A stretch of 64,000 nt of DNA from the NCBI GenBank assembly GCA_016748015.1, contig JAAOMT010000563.1:124001-188000 (forward strand), in the 5' to 3' direction. The notes under the pieces are model-generated. The model had not been told where the DNA came from and did no database searches. It saw only the letters and a program-made list of their open reading frames with translations. This DNA comes from Geosiphon pyriformis uo1 (Eukaryota > Fungi > Glomeromycota). Shown here piece after piece: positions 24,510-36,908 of this stretch. A program made the position numbers and the translations under genes. Position 1 is the first letter of the stretch. Each line of letters opens with the position of its first letter.

Positions 24510-26794
24510 AAAAAACTCTTTGTTTTCTTAATTTTATGACCATGACTAAAACAAAGAGTAAAAAAGCTGCACCTGATATCTGTCTTGAGATATCTAATAA
24601 AATTTCAACCAAAGAAGTTTTCTCTGTTGTAAAAGCAACTAAACAAATCATTTTAGAAGTCTTCCTTTTACTCAGTAATTGTAAAAAGCTATCTTTGATA
24701 GCCACTAAAACAACTTTTTCATCTTTGGCTGGTTTCTCACCAGTTAAAGTTCTCTCTAAAAGACATACTTAAGTTAGTCCCAGTATTGTCTTCACTCCTA
24801 CTAAGAGCCCAAAAGTGTTTAATAATAGACCAGTTAACAAGCTGGTGTTTTTCTCCATAACTTTAACATCTGGTGCTTCTAGCACCTTCTTTTCAAAGAA
24901 AATGATCAAAAAGACCAAAAGTTCAGAAAAATAGGAGCAGTCGTCTGTCTCTGCTATTGTTATACTGAACCCCTTTGTGGTTTCAAATAAAATTTTAAAT
25001 AAGATCTCTGTTGCATTATCTGATACATTATCTAAGATAGACCAAGATCAATTACTGACTGTATTGCCAAATATAGTGTTTTCTGGCAAATTTTTGCCAG
25101 TTTTAGAAGCAAAACAATTTCCACCTGTTAGGTTATCTGTTCTTAAGAACTGGGCTGATCAAATAGAAACTGAATCATCTCCTTCTCTAGTTTCTGGTGC
25201 TACTTCTGGTGGTGCTTGGGAAATTATTACTAGTTTTCAAAGATTTGCTAAGTGGATGGCCTCTATTCTGGTGCCTAATGCTACTTTTAAGATCAAATTG
25301 GCTTATATTAAGACTGTTTTTTAGTCAGTACATGGTTTTTTGGATGCAAAGTCAGTATTAAAGAACAATGTGAAGCTGTTTTGTGTGGAGTTTGCTTCTT
25401 AAGTGTCTTTGAAAGTTGTGTTTTTGGTTAAGCTTACAAGCTTTGTACATTTGTTTATCTTCAAAATTGCCAAGTTTTTGGTGATTTCTGAGTCTGGTTC
25501 CCCTTCTGCTACTGTTGTGCTGTATAATATGCCCTTAGGTGTGTCTGCTGCTAACATTAAAACTGCTTTCAGTGTGTTTGGTAGTATCACTCATGTTGTG
25601 CTAAAGCCTGTTGGCATTTGGCAGTATGTAATGGTTTATTTTAAGAAGTTGGACTCTGCTGTGTCTGCTTTGAATTATTGGTTAGTCTTGGTGGGCAAAG
25701 ATATTGTTAGAATTCTCTCTCTGGTGAATCAAAATAAGACTATTTTGTTTTATGATAAGTTTAAGGCCAAGTTGGTCAATCTTTTTTTTAGATATACAGC
25801 TTTTGAGATTAGTGATATGATTTCTCAAGTTGGTGGTCAAACATGTTTTATCTTTCATTTTTTTGAGTCTGATCATTGTTTCTGGTTTGCTCTGGTTATA
25901 TTTGGTTTTCAAGCTGATTTGGACTCTACTATTGTCAAAACTGGTATACTGAGAAAATGCCATATTTGGTAGAAAACTCCTGGTTGTCAGCATTGTTTTA
26001 AGTATTAAGAACTGGGCCATCTGGCTGCAGACTGTAAAGTTTCTCCACCTTCTCCTCCCAAGTTATCCAAGGTGTTTACACCATGTTTTGTTGGTCCTAA
26101 GTTTTATGCCAAGGTTTCTGCTCTCTTGAGCTCCTCTGGATTTTCATTTTTGTTATCTCTTGTTTTTTTTCTAGTTGTTGTTGGTGATTTTTTGGTGCTG
26201 TCCCAATTGTCTTCTTTGGAATCTGATTTAACTAAGCTTTTTGTTTTAGTTGAGTTTATTGTTAAGCCTATTGGCTCTTTAGTTACAACTTTTGAACAGT
26301 TTATTAATGGTGATTTGGTTTTAAGTAGTGCTTTTGGTCTTAGGATTAATAAGATTTTGGTACATATGAGTTCCTTTAATAGGACTGTTGGTAAGTTGAA
26401 AAGAGAAGTGGTTTCTTTGAAAAAAGAATGTTACATGAAAGACATTGATATGTCTGGTGATTCAGAGCTTCCGCCTATTGTGGGTGATAAGATGTTTTCC
26501 AACTTAATGTCCCTTTGGGACCATGAGTCTGTTGATATTAAAATTGATCCCTTTAAAACTGCCAAGTGGTTAGTTGGTTTGGTTTTTTACAGTGCAACTT
26601 TGTTTTCTGTCATTTAAAAGATGTTATTTTTGGGTAAGTTTTCTTCTGTAGCATCAGTATAGTGTGTCCTTAACTGGTCTGAGTGGCTGGTCACATGTAG
26701 AAAATGCATAATTAGTGCTTAATTTAGATCACTTAGTTTGATATATTGTTTTAGGTGGCTTTTGGGCCACACTCATTAAACTTTAATAAAAAAA
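24510..26794 (+). mobile_element. ORF1-only non-autonomous retroelement (copy B), degenerate, with a divergent C-terminal module
   Basis: Highly similar to copy A from the leader to the zinc knuckle. Ancestral stop near 26662, then the conserved tail and poly(A). Near-perfect ~19-bp TSD aataagtttt(t)aataa(t/c)tta at 24491-24509 and 26795-26814. Confidence 0.88.
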
Positions 26795-26814
26795 AATAAG
26801 TTTTTAATAACTTA

Positions 26815-28105
26815 GATATAAAATAAAATAAATTTAGTATTATCTTATTAATAAATATTTACAACAAAAATATTCTAATAAAATTGACAAAAAATTTATT
26901 AAGTTAAAATTAATAGCTAGATTTTTAAAATTAGAAGTAAACATTTATTTTTATTTATTTAAAAACTATACAATATTTATAATTTTCTTAGATATTTTTT
27001 TTAAGTTTTTAAAAATGTTTTTTACAATAATTAATTAATAAAAACAGATTATTTGTTGTTGTTAAAAATAAGTATCTTTGTTAAATTTTTTATTTTTCTA
27101 AGCTTAATATTTTTATTTTTAAAGTTAATATTATAGAAAATGATGCTATAAAATTATTTATAATAAAAAAACAAAACATTTTAAAATTTTTGCAAATAAT
27201 ATATTTTTATTATATAATATAATATAATATATTTATTATTTTTTTAATATTTATTAATTTTAAAATATTTTTGACAATTTTATTTAACTTAATAAATTGT
27301 TTTCTGGTAAAAATTTTGCTATAATATTTATAAAATATTGTATAAAGCTTAATATTTTTACTAAAAATATTAAAAACTGGTAATATTTTTAAAAAAAATA
27401 TTAAGTTAAATATCTTAAATATACTAAATTTGGATTTAATTTTTAAAGTAAATATATTATTAAAATTAGTTTTGTTTAATTATTAAATTTAAAATTCTTA
27501 TAATCTTAATTTATTGTATTTTACATATTATTTAACTTTGAAAATTAATTGTTAAAATTTATTTTTTATTTTAATGTCACAAAAAATTCAAAAAACAATA
27601 TTAAATTTTTGATTTTAAAAAGTTAAAATTAATCTGTAATATTATAATTCATTAAAATTTAATATTTAATATATTAAAGTGAACATATAAACTTTGTTAA
27701 TTTAAGTTCATTTATTATTAATCTTAATATTTATAGACTATTAATAATACAATAAATAAATAAAACCTAAGAGTTTTTGGCTTAATAGAAAATAAATGAG
27801 ATCATATAAATAAAAGAAAAACTTTTCTTTATATAAGTGTTTTACTTAAAAAAAAAACAAAGCTTTAAGATAATTGAATGCTTAATACTTACTAATAATA
27901 AAAATAAAACTCATCTTTATTTATTATAATTTATAGTTCTTTTATGAATTGAAATTTATTTTTTCTATTGGTCGAATATCCAATAAAATTGTTACACGTG
28001 ACCAAAAACGAGTCGAGCCGAGTTATAGGCTACTAAACTCGACTCGATTTCTTAAAAATGAAAATTTTCCGAGCCAGATCAAGATTCGACTCGTTAGGAG
28101 CCCTA
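26815..28105. mobile_element. Probable hAT-like DNA transposon relic: CpG-rich terminus with subterminal CGAGTCGA repeats and an AT-eroded interior
   Basis: The terminus reads TAGGGCTCCTAACGAGTCG on the minus strand from 28105. Inverted repeat cgagtcgag (28009-28017) / ctcgactcg (28038-28046). A possible eroded partner end is at about 24080. Confidence 0.45.
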
Positions 28106-28448
28106 AAATCAATAAATATTATTCATTATTGTTTATTTGATTTAAATAATAATTATAAATATTAAAATGCTTGTTGATTAAATATTATACAATTTAAGAA
28201 AAAATTGATTTCAAAAAATTTCCAGAGCTCATTTTAAAAATCATACATAAAATTACAAACGCTCTTTAAACGTGATTATATATAAATAAATATATTGATT
28301 ACATATAAAACCACGTTGTCAATTTTCTAATTAAATAAATACATTCTAAACTTATTGTAATGTCAATTCAGGGCTTATTTTTCTCCCGAATCCGCCTTAC
28401 AGTTTACTATTGACATTGTTCTTATCCAAATCTTCCACTTCCCATTAT

Positions 28449-29712
28449 TTAAAACAGTCTAATCCCGAATAATTCCTGTTTAGAATATACCTCTTTCATT
28501 TTTTCTAATACAACGAAGGTTATTATGGTGTGCGGTCCGAGACGTAAGTATGCTGGTACCCAGCCCTTGAAAAGTGCCAAAGGACCTTCTTGACGAATGA
28601 TTGTCATTAAAATGGGAAGGGTGCCCTGGATTCCATCCAAGAATTGGTTAAATTTGGAAAAACAAAGGATTGGGGACATAGTAGTAATATTTAAAGTTTA
28701 CTTGAGATTTTGACGCCACGTTCATTACCCGTGTTTTTATGACATCTACTGGAGAACATATTGTAGTTGCTACCAAACCCTAATAGGGAATAAAAAAAGC
28801 ATCATTTCTCAAAAATTGGCCAACACGTCTAAGCAATAGAAGAAAACTTACCGATAACAAACTAGCAGTGAAATGGGACAATATGTTGTCTTTCAAGTAA
28901 CCAGTCCTCAGAAGTATCAGCTTAAACTGATCATAAGTAGCGACTTGCGAAATATTCATCAAAACCGCTCGGTTCATGTTAGGCCCTACACCACGAAAAA
29001 ATCCCCAGAGTCCTTCTTCGCGACCAATTCGTATAATCCCATCTAGCGCGTTCCGATAATTACGTCGATATTTTGACTCTAACTTTGCATCGTTCTGCAT
29101 TCGTACCATCACGATATCAGCTGGGTTTCCGCACGCACCACCCACTGCACCACCCACTGCTGCGGCAGCAATCATTTTCCCGAATGACAATTGATCTGAA
29201 GAAGGAAGAGTTTTAAACGAATAGCTACCACGCATACCAAATTCGTTGTTTGTTCTTAAATTTTATGATAACAAGTTACCTTTGTCACCCTTTTTGATTA
29301 AAGATTGCTTAACTTTATCATAGGTACCGAATCGCATTGTGGAATAGGTCGCCTGTCGTAATAAACTGGCTGAAAGCCCTTGATACAGTCCACGTATACC
29401 TTCTGTTTGTATTATAGTAAGGGCGGTTTGTAAAGAGCTGGCCTTTGTAGCACCTTTCGATGTCTGAAGACGTACTTTGACCAGGTCAAATGGGTGAGTT
29501 ATCAATGCGGCACACATAGCAGCCGCTCCTTTAGTCAAAGATTTTTACATGATTCAACAATAAGAAATGAAATATAGTCAAAAGTAAAACTTAATACAAG
29601 AAATGTAAATACCAAGTATGATAGCTATTTCCAACTAACCTCCGAGCCAGAACGGATAAAATCTTTTTTTCTTTGAAGTTGTCGCTTGCTCCCCTACCTT
29701 GGCATTTCGCAT
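28449..29712 (-). CDS. DIC1: Mitochondrial dicarboxylate carrier (SLC25A10-like), multi-exon
   Basis: YPFWLGG|AAAMCAALITHPFDLVKVRLQ, ASLLRQATYSTMRFGTY, GNPADIVMVRMQND, CSPVDVIKTR and WVPAYLRLGPHT; three carrier repeats. Confidence 0.92.
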
Positions 29713-30420
29713 TGAGGTAGATTTCGCGTCGAGATGATTGATGTTGATGTTGTTGTTGTCGATAATGGCGGTGGTGGTGAGGAATTCGATGCTATTCTTT
29801 TTCACGAGAAAAGGATTGGTATGTTTGATTCGTAGGAAAAAAAGAAAGTAAATCCTGAATCGCATTTACTTTGGAGAAATGATTATTTCATTAATGTCTA
29901 CAGTTGTATTTATTTGGTCAGAGATTAAAACACTACAATATTGATTGATCGATTGATCAATTCCTATTACAATCTAATGGATATGCAAGGTGGTGTCAAA
30001 TTTCAATAGGGAAATTCTATTGTTTCATGAATAAATTTGAAGTTCGAAAATTTGAGGATCGCCAACTCACCGAAAAAATGGTTTATTATGAAATTATGAA
30101 AACAGATTTTGCAGCCAACAAAATTTAAAAAGCTACTGCCTTTGTAGTTAATTAATCCGAATTTTTTAATTTTTTTAGTTCAGTTCCAAATAATTACAAT
30201 TCAAAATTTCTAAATATCATGAATCACCTTGATAACTCGAGCATAGAAATATTTTCTTTGAGTCATGTGTATTGATAGCGAGAGCTCGGAAGTAAAAATA
30301 CTTCTTTGAGAATCGCGTCTTGCAAAATTATTTACAAATAAAAAGTCGAAATCATGGAGCCTCAACATTTACATTCAGCAATCCAACGATACAATACTTA
30401 CACCTTTCACTCTGAATCGA

Positions 30421-32267
30421 TCAGCGAAACCTTCCATAAGAATTTTGTGCACTGATCACGTAATTTTCATAGAGCGCATCCATAAAAGATGGATCCGACT
30501 TGAATAGCAAATTATTCATATCATGTATTGGGCAAAGATGTAGTTTTAAGCCAATGATTTTAAACCATGATATTTACCTGTATCATTTGCAAATATCTTT
30601 GCGCAAACTCGGATTTACTTAAAGTACTCATGCCGTCGAAAAGCATACCTTGACCAACCGGCAGCTTCGTTAAAGAGGCGATTGATACCTTTAGGGCCTC
30701 TTTTCGCAGCAAATTAGGTGCCTCACCTGTACTCACAGAAGTCTGGGATGTTTTAGAAATTTGAACAGGTAAATTTGGTGGCAACGTCACCGTATGAGAA
30801 GAATGTGAAGCATGACTGCCTTGTAACAGTTTTTGAAAAAATGAAGTTCCAGAAATTTTCATGACGTTGTTGTTGTTGTTGTTGTTGTTGTAAGTTATAT
30901 GTTCAGCAGGTAATGAACCAGGCCTTTGAGGTGGTGGTGTTGGTATATGGAATGAATTAGATGAAGTTGTTGAATGTGGAATAGGTGTCACTGATTTTTC
31001 TTTTGGAGTGTGCGAGGATTGACGCAAAAGGTCCAATAATGATTTTCCATCTAACTGATTCCCATCGGCTTGCATTGGCTAAAATATATGAATAGAGAAA
31101 AAAAAAGTAGAAAGCAGTATCATATAATCGAAATGGGGTGTTTCCAGAATTACAAGATTAATATAATAGGTCAAAAATAAGTATTTTTACCACAGTCTGA
31201 GGTGTTGATCGTCGTGATTCATTTACGTTCGCTTTGAGGAACAAATTGTTCAATATATCTCGTTCTGATACACTACTAAGAGGTGGGGTAGGTTGTCGTG
31301 GACTAAGTGATCCATTACTAGCCCCATTCATTTGATTCGTTCCTGCCTGCTGAAACAGTGTTACAATGTCAATGGACTTTCCATAAGACTGCGATGGGGG
31401 TGGCGTGGCTATCGATGTTGTACTGGTTATACGGGGAGATTCTGAAAGTGGTGGAGGTGGGATAGCTGTTTTGGAAAGCTCGGAACAGCTAAGAAGATAT
31501 TTTATGAAAAATGAAAAGAATTATTTTGATATTTGAGTCTCCAGAGACCAACTTATGATAAAAAGCAAAAAGTCAAGATGGGCCTACTTTAACATTGTCT
31601 TCCCTATTCGGTCTCGGTCTTTCTCTTCGAAGACCCAAATCCCGTGAATATCATCTTGAAAGTATTAAAATATACAGAGTTGAGTTGATTTCAATTGATT
31701 ACATTCTTGATATGGCAGCAAACAACGTATTCTCTTTAATACCTTCATCGGTTTTATACATAATATATGTATCTGTAAATTCAATATTCATGCCATCTGT
31801 CAATGACGCGACAAAATTATCTATGCCTAGCCGATTCATGACGATAAAGCCATATACCGGCTGCACGCATCTACAAAAAAATAGCAAGAAGAAATGAAAA
31901 TCATTCTGTACAATCTAAAATTTGATCAGAAGGAATCAAACCTTTTAAAGACAAAAAGGGTCCCCTCCACGCCTTTCTTGGTCTGGATAGAGGACCGATT
32001 TAAGGAAAATAAATGGGACAGAGTTAAATTTGATTTGGAAGGATTAATAGATGTCACTTGTTAACAAGGCAATTTCGTAAAATAAGAGCCTATTCCTTCA
32101 CTCATTGCGGAGTCCGACCAAGTAGAGTGACATCATACCCACGACCTAGTCTGGTTGTCGAACTTATAAACTACAACATAACTAGAACTATCTATAATTT
32201 CAACAATATTCTTGTCGTGTCGGCGTAGAACACTAAGATTTACGGCTCGTCTAGCTAAAAGGTCCAT
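30421..32267 (-). CDS. DCP1: mRNA decapping subunit Dcp1 (EVH1 domain, low-complexity linker, C-terminal helical domain), multi-exon
   Basis: NLSVLRRHD..I.EIIDSSSYVVVYKF, W|TKKGVEGTLFVFKR, YGFIVMNRLGIDNF and IHGIWVF. Ends LSKSEFAQRYLQMIQ|SDPSFMDALYENY..RFR*. Confidence 0.92.
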
Positions 32268-33186
32268 ATCCAAAGTGCCACAGTTAGGTTTCAAGGGCTA
32301 TTATTATGTATTCAGGCAAGCAAAAAGAGAATTTTGAAAAAGGCAAAAAAGAGTAAAGTAGATTTCCCGCGTATGGGTTTAAATTTTATGAATTATTTAG
32401 AATCTACTAACCTGTTTAAATATAAAAAGAAGTTACAAAGAATTTATTACGTAATTAGTCAAATGACGTAGATATGGGAAATTTTCGGCATCCCAATGGA
32501 AATACTTTAATATTTTATTTTTTTTAAATGAGGCATGCTGCAACAAAACCAGAACCCGCCAAGCATCTCCAACTATTGGGTAGTAAGCTATAGATAGTGA
32601 GGAGTTCCGGAAAGCAGCCCTCTGGAACTGTTTTATAAAAATACGTGAGATCGCTACAGAAGAAGAAGAAAAAGCGTCAAAGCTAAATGGAGATGAAAAT
32701 TCACGGAGTTCGAAACGATTCATTCGGGGTATTCACGATGTAAATAATTGTATTTAGTTACAACTTGGCAACATTTAGTGCGAGTCCCAAGTTTCATTCT
32801 TTACACAGATTCTATATTGCTCAAAGGCTTCAAAGCCTAGAGGCATATATTATAGGATTTCTGATTAAGCCATCGTGAATACCCTATTACGTCTCTTCTA
32901 AGTTTCTTTTCGCTTAGTCTAAGCTTACTTTCTCACGTTCTCCACAGGCAGAAGATTAGGATTTTCGCGCCTAGCGAAGTTACACAAGTGACGTATAAAT
33001 ACGAGGACCAGAAAGTGACTTGACCAGTGTATAAATAAAATGCACGTAAAAGGAGACGCATAGCTGCAAGTTCAAATATACAACGATTTTGGCTTCAATT
33101 ATTTTCAGTTTCAAGTGGGTTGAATAATTTTTTCTTGCTGTGAATATGTCAACATTTCTGTTAAGCATGAAAGAAAGCATCAGTGG

Positions 33187-33319
33187 CAGACAAGTTCTCT
33201 CGGAAGTCAGTAATGGCGAGTCATCATCAAGGAGATGGGTTTATTAAGGACACATAAGACGTCCGCGACAGAAAAGTTCTGTTGGAAGGCAGTAATGGCG
33301 AGTCATTATCAAGGAGATG
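33187..33319. repeat. Two imperfect 51-bp direct repeats, period 82
   Basis: 33187-33237 and 33269-33319 share cagtaatggcgagtcatYatcaaggagatg and differ at 5 positions. Confidence 0.9.
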
Positions 33320-34337
33320 ACTGGCCTTGAATGAAGAACAGCCCAGTTTGATCCCGTTTTCTTTAAAAATTTTATATTAAAATTAGTTTAGATAATTGGT
33401 TAATTTGAAAAAATCCAAAAAAGTCTTTATTATGCTGAAATAAAGAGCAAAAAGCTGAAACAGGTCAAAAAAAAAAAAGCTGAAGAATTTGTGAAGTCAA
33501 CTATTTATGTTTTGACCAATATTAAAGAAAACTGAAAAAAAATATGATTCACATTAAACAAATTTACCAATTTTATTTTTCACAATAACTCTTAAAAAGA
33601 ATTAATTCAAAATGCTGAAAAGATTAAAACCTGAAATAATTTCTATTTTGGTGATTTTATTAAGAAGTATCAACTCATTCAAAGCCAACTGATTTCAAAC
33701 AGTTAACAAAAAATTTAGTAAGTATTATAAAATATTACCTATGTTACTAATTTTTATGGTGGGTAATTTTTGAAATTGTAAAATGAAACGCTCCAATTTT
33801 TTTTTTGTGTTGAGAAAAAGAATGTTTTTAAGTATTCGATATTTTTAAAAATATATATATATATAAAATTAGATTTAAAAACTTTCTATTATTAAATACA
33901 AAAAATAATTTTTTAAAAAATATGATTGTAATAATTTAAATAAAAAGTAATTTAAAAATAATATGTTTAAAGAAAATTAAAATTTTTTATTAATTTATAA
34001 TTATTGTGATTAACAAACAAATTATATTTGTGATTTTTTCATATTTAATAATTTTTATATTTTTTATTTAAATTTGAAAATTATTTATAAATAATACTAA
34101 ATTTATGAAATACTTATATCGATATCAAAGAAAAGCAAATAATAAAGACCAAAAAATGAACAAAAATTAAAATAATCTCATGAAAAGCGAAAATTAGCAT
34201 GGATTACGCGACGCGACGTTAACATTTCTTTTGAATAACTCAAACATCTATTTATACAGTATCTGTCAAACGGTTATCAAAAAAGCCCAATTCATTTTCT
34301 ATTCTCCTTTCTTTATTCATTACAATTTCGATAAATT

Positions 34338-35490
34338 ATGAAAAAATCTTTACCTTTCATCACCCTTTTTCTTCTGTACTCATTGTCATTTTCTATTTAT
34401 CTCTTTACCTTTTCTTCAACACTAGCAAACACTGAAAAAGAAGTATTCACTTGTACAACTGGCATATATCTACAAAATGTCGTTGACCAAATTAACACCT
34501 GGAGCTTGAACAGAAATTTATCGGTAAAGTACTTGAATCCTTGTTTTCTGCTTCCCAAACCATTTCACACAACCAATGAAAACCTAAATTTATTCTTCTG
34601 TTTCGATTTAAAGACTTTAATTCCTCCATATACGATAATTAGGCATAACTTTATTGTACCATTTGCAACATTAGAAGAATTCTCCCGTTCTTTTTTGTCC
34701 AATAAATCTCACTTGAATATTAATGTAACTGATAAAGAACATTGGTACATTCTTGATGAGCTTAATGAGGGTGATACTTATGAAGTGCGAGTGTCATACG
34801 CTGCTACGGTAAATTACTTCTTTCCTTCCTTCCTTCCTTCCTTTTCTTTCTTTCTTTCTTTCTTTCTTTCTGTCTTTCTGTCTTTCTTATACCAAGAAAG
34901 GGTTAAATTCTTTGTATTTATTTGGGACAAAAGTCACCAACAAATTTTGTCCAGGAAATTTTAGATATTGAAGCGTTGTCGATATTTTTAAGAAATCGTG
35001 GGGATTTTAAAGAATTGGTTGGTATAAATGTATTTTTTTTCAGTAAACTTGAATTCATTTAATTAATCAATCAATCAATCAATCAATCCATTGATTATTC
35101 CAAGAATCAAGAATCTGAAATGAAACCCCAAAAAATATTCACTACCACGCGATTTCTTCGCGTACGTGGAATCTATGATGGGTACTCGATATTCCCAGGG
35201 AAGGAATATCAACCTGTAAAATATAATATAGGTATTATAAAATTCACTTCATTTCATTCACATGACTTGCTTTTGAAAATCATGAATATTTTTTTTCAAG
35301 AAATTTCTTTATAATCTATACAGTATTAGAAAGATTGATGTTGCTCGGTGTTCCACGCGTAGCTTTCAAATTAATCCTCCTTCTAGGATTTTCAATACTA
35401 TTTACTTATTTTGTGATCACACCCAAAATTTGGGCGATTTTGGTGAAAATTCGAGATGAGCCGGATGAGAATATTGACAAAAACGATTAA
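34338..35490 (+). CDS. Membrane protein, Pga1-like (putative GPI mannosyltransferase II cofactor family), multi-exon
   Basis: Signal peptide then ANTEKEVF. WYILDELNEGDTYEVRVSYAAT|SPTNF and PVKYNI|VLE motifs, followed by a C-terminal TM helix. Family assignment is from recall of the motif layout. Confidence 0.65.
34819..34888 (+). repeat. Intronic (CCTT)n/(CTTT)n microsatellite
   Basis: Read directly from the sequence. Confidence 0.9.
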
Positions 35491-35720
35491 TTTAAATTGA
35501 GTATGAGTTAAAAGAAATAATTAAAAGAGTTTTATTTTATTTAAATATCTGATATGAATGAAACAGAGAAGAGAAATCATGCTTTGCTTGATTAATTGAA
35601 TGAATAATTGAATGAAAAACTAAAAGATAAAAAAAATTTCTAAAGTTCTTTCTCATACAAGATTTATCTCGATAAGCTTCAATTTCTTCTAATCAGATTC
35701 AACTCTCTCTCTCTATTACC

Positions 35721-36038
35721 TTACCAACACGCCTTCTTAACACCCGGTAACTCACCGGCTAATGCATTTAACCGGAATCGAAACCGACACAATTTATATT
35801 CACGAAAAACACCTCTTCCACGACCGGTCTCGATACACCTATTCTTAACAGTAGTTGGTCTCGCGTATCTGGGGAACGCATTCAAGGCAAGTTGCGCTTG
35901 TTGTCGAATACGTGATGGTAGGGTTTCGTTGCGTAACAAGTAACGGTATACATTTCGAAGTGGTTCAGTAGCCGCAACGGTTTTACGAGCTTTTTGGTCA
36001 CGACGACAGCGTGCGTTGCGAAGAATGTTTAGGTTCAT
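35721..36038 (-). CDS. MRP2: Mitochondrial ribosomal protein uS14m, intronless
   Basis: RDQKARK..EPLR, VKNRCIETGRGRG and LCRFRFR..AL.GELPGVKKA.W. Confidence 0.93.
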   Translation of the reverse strand: MNLNILRNARCRRDQKARKTVAATEPLRNVYRYLLRNETLPSRIRQQAQLALNAFPRYARPTTVKNRCIETGRGRGVFREYKLCRFRFRLNALAGELPGVKKACW

Positions 36039-36908
36039 CTTTGGAAAGAGAGATGGATGGGTTAAAAAACTTTGATTGATATATTGATGAAAGACACTTG
36101 GGTGTTTTGGGATATTTTGCGATCCCTCAATTGTTCACATCCAAATAATTAGGTCACATAAAATACTAAAATAATATAATATTTACATTAATTAAATTAA
36201 AAATATTTATATTTTATTTGATTTATAAATATTTATAACTTTTATTATTTACTAAATAAATCTCATTAACAATAATTAGAATTTCCATTTTTTGAAAATG
36301 TATCATAAAAACAATTAATTGTTTAAATAATATATTATTATTGTTTTACAGTATTTCACGTATTTGTTTTTACAAATTTAATTAAATTGTTAAATTATTT
36401 TATTTTTTATTTTTTAATTAATAAAATAGATTAAACATTTATTTGAAACAAAAATATGTCATTTTTTATATCAACTAACTCATCTTTTGGTAAGACTTTT
36501 TTGTTTTATATATAGTAATTTGAGTAGCGTGATGAATTTTCTATAAATGTTTTAATATCTATTCTAGCTTCTGCTTTCCCCCCAAACTCTAACTAGACCA
36601 AATTCGACTTCTTTAAACTCCTCAATTACCCTGACGTATTATTCAACAATCTTGCTCGGTTGACTCTGTTCTAGAATGAAATCACAGCTTAATATGAGCC
36701 TCATTTTCAATCATGAAAAGCAAGGGGCTCGATAATAGGTACCCATTTAAATCTGAGTACAAATGATAGGAATTCATTGGTTTGTTTAATGAGCTTTTTT
36801 CACTCATCCATTTGGGACTTCTCTGATGCTTTTCATTGAATTTATATAGACTAATTGGGGTTTTCACTTTTCGACTCTAATTCATATCTATATTATATGA
36901 TTCAGAGA

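Noticed and set aside
32595-32630. SRP RNA helix-8-like GGAAAGCAGCC hairpin
   Set aside because: The motif geometry is wrong and there is no Alu domain or long stem around it.
32670-32730. tRNA or Pol III gene from the B-box-like GTTCGAAAC
   Set aside because: No cloverleaf and only a weak A-box.
33187-33319. Mini-CRISPR (repeat-spacer-repeat)
   Set aside because: Only two imperfect 51-bp repeats, eukaryotic context, no cas genes.
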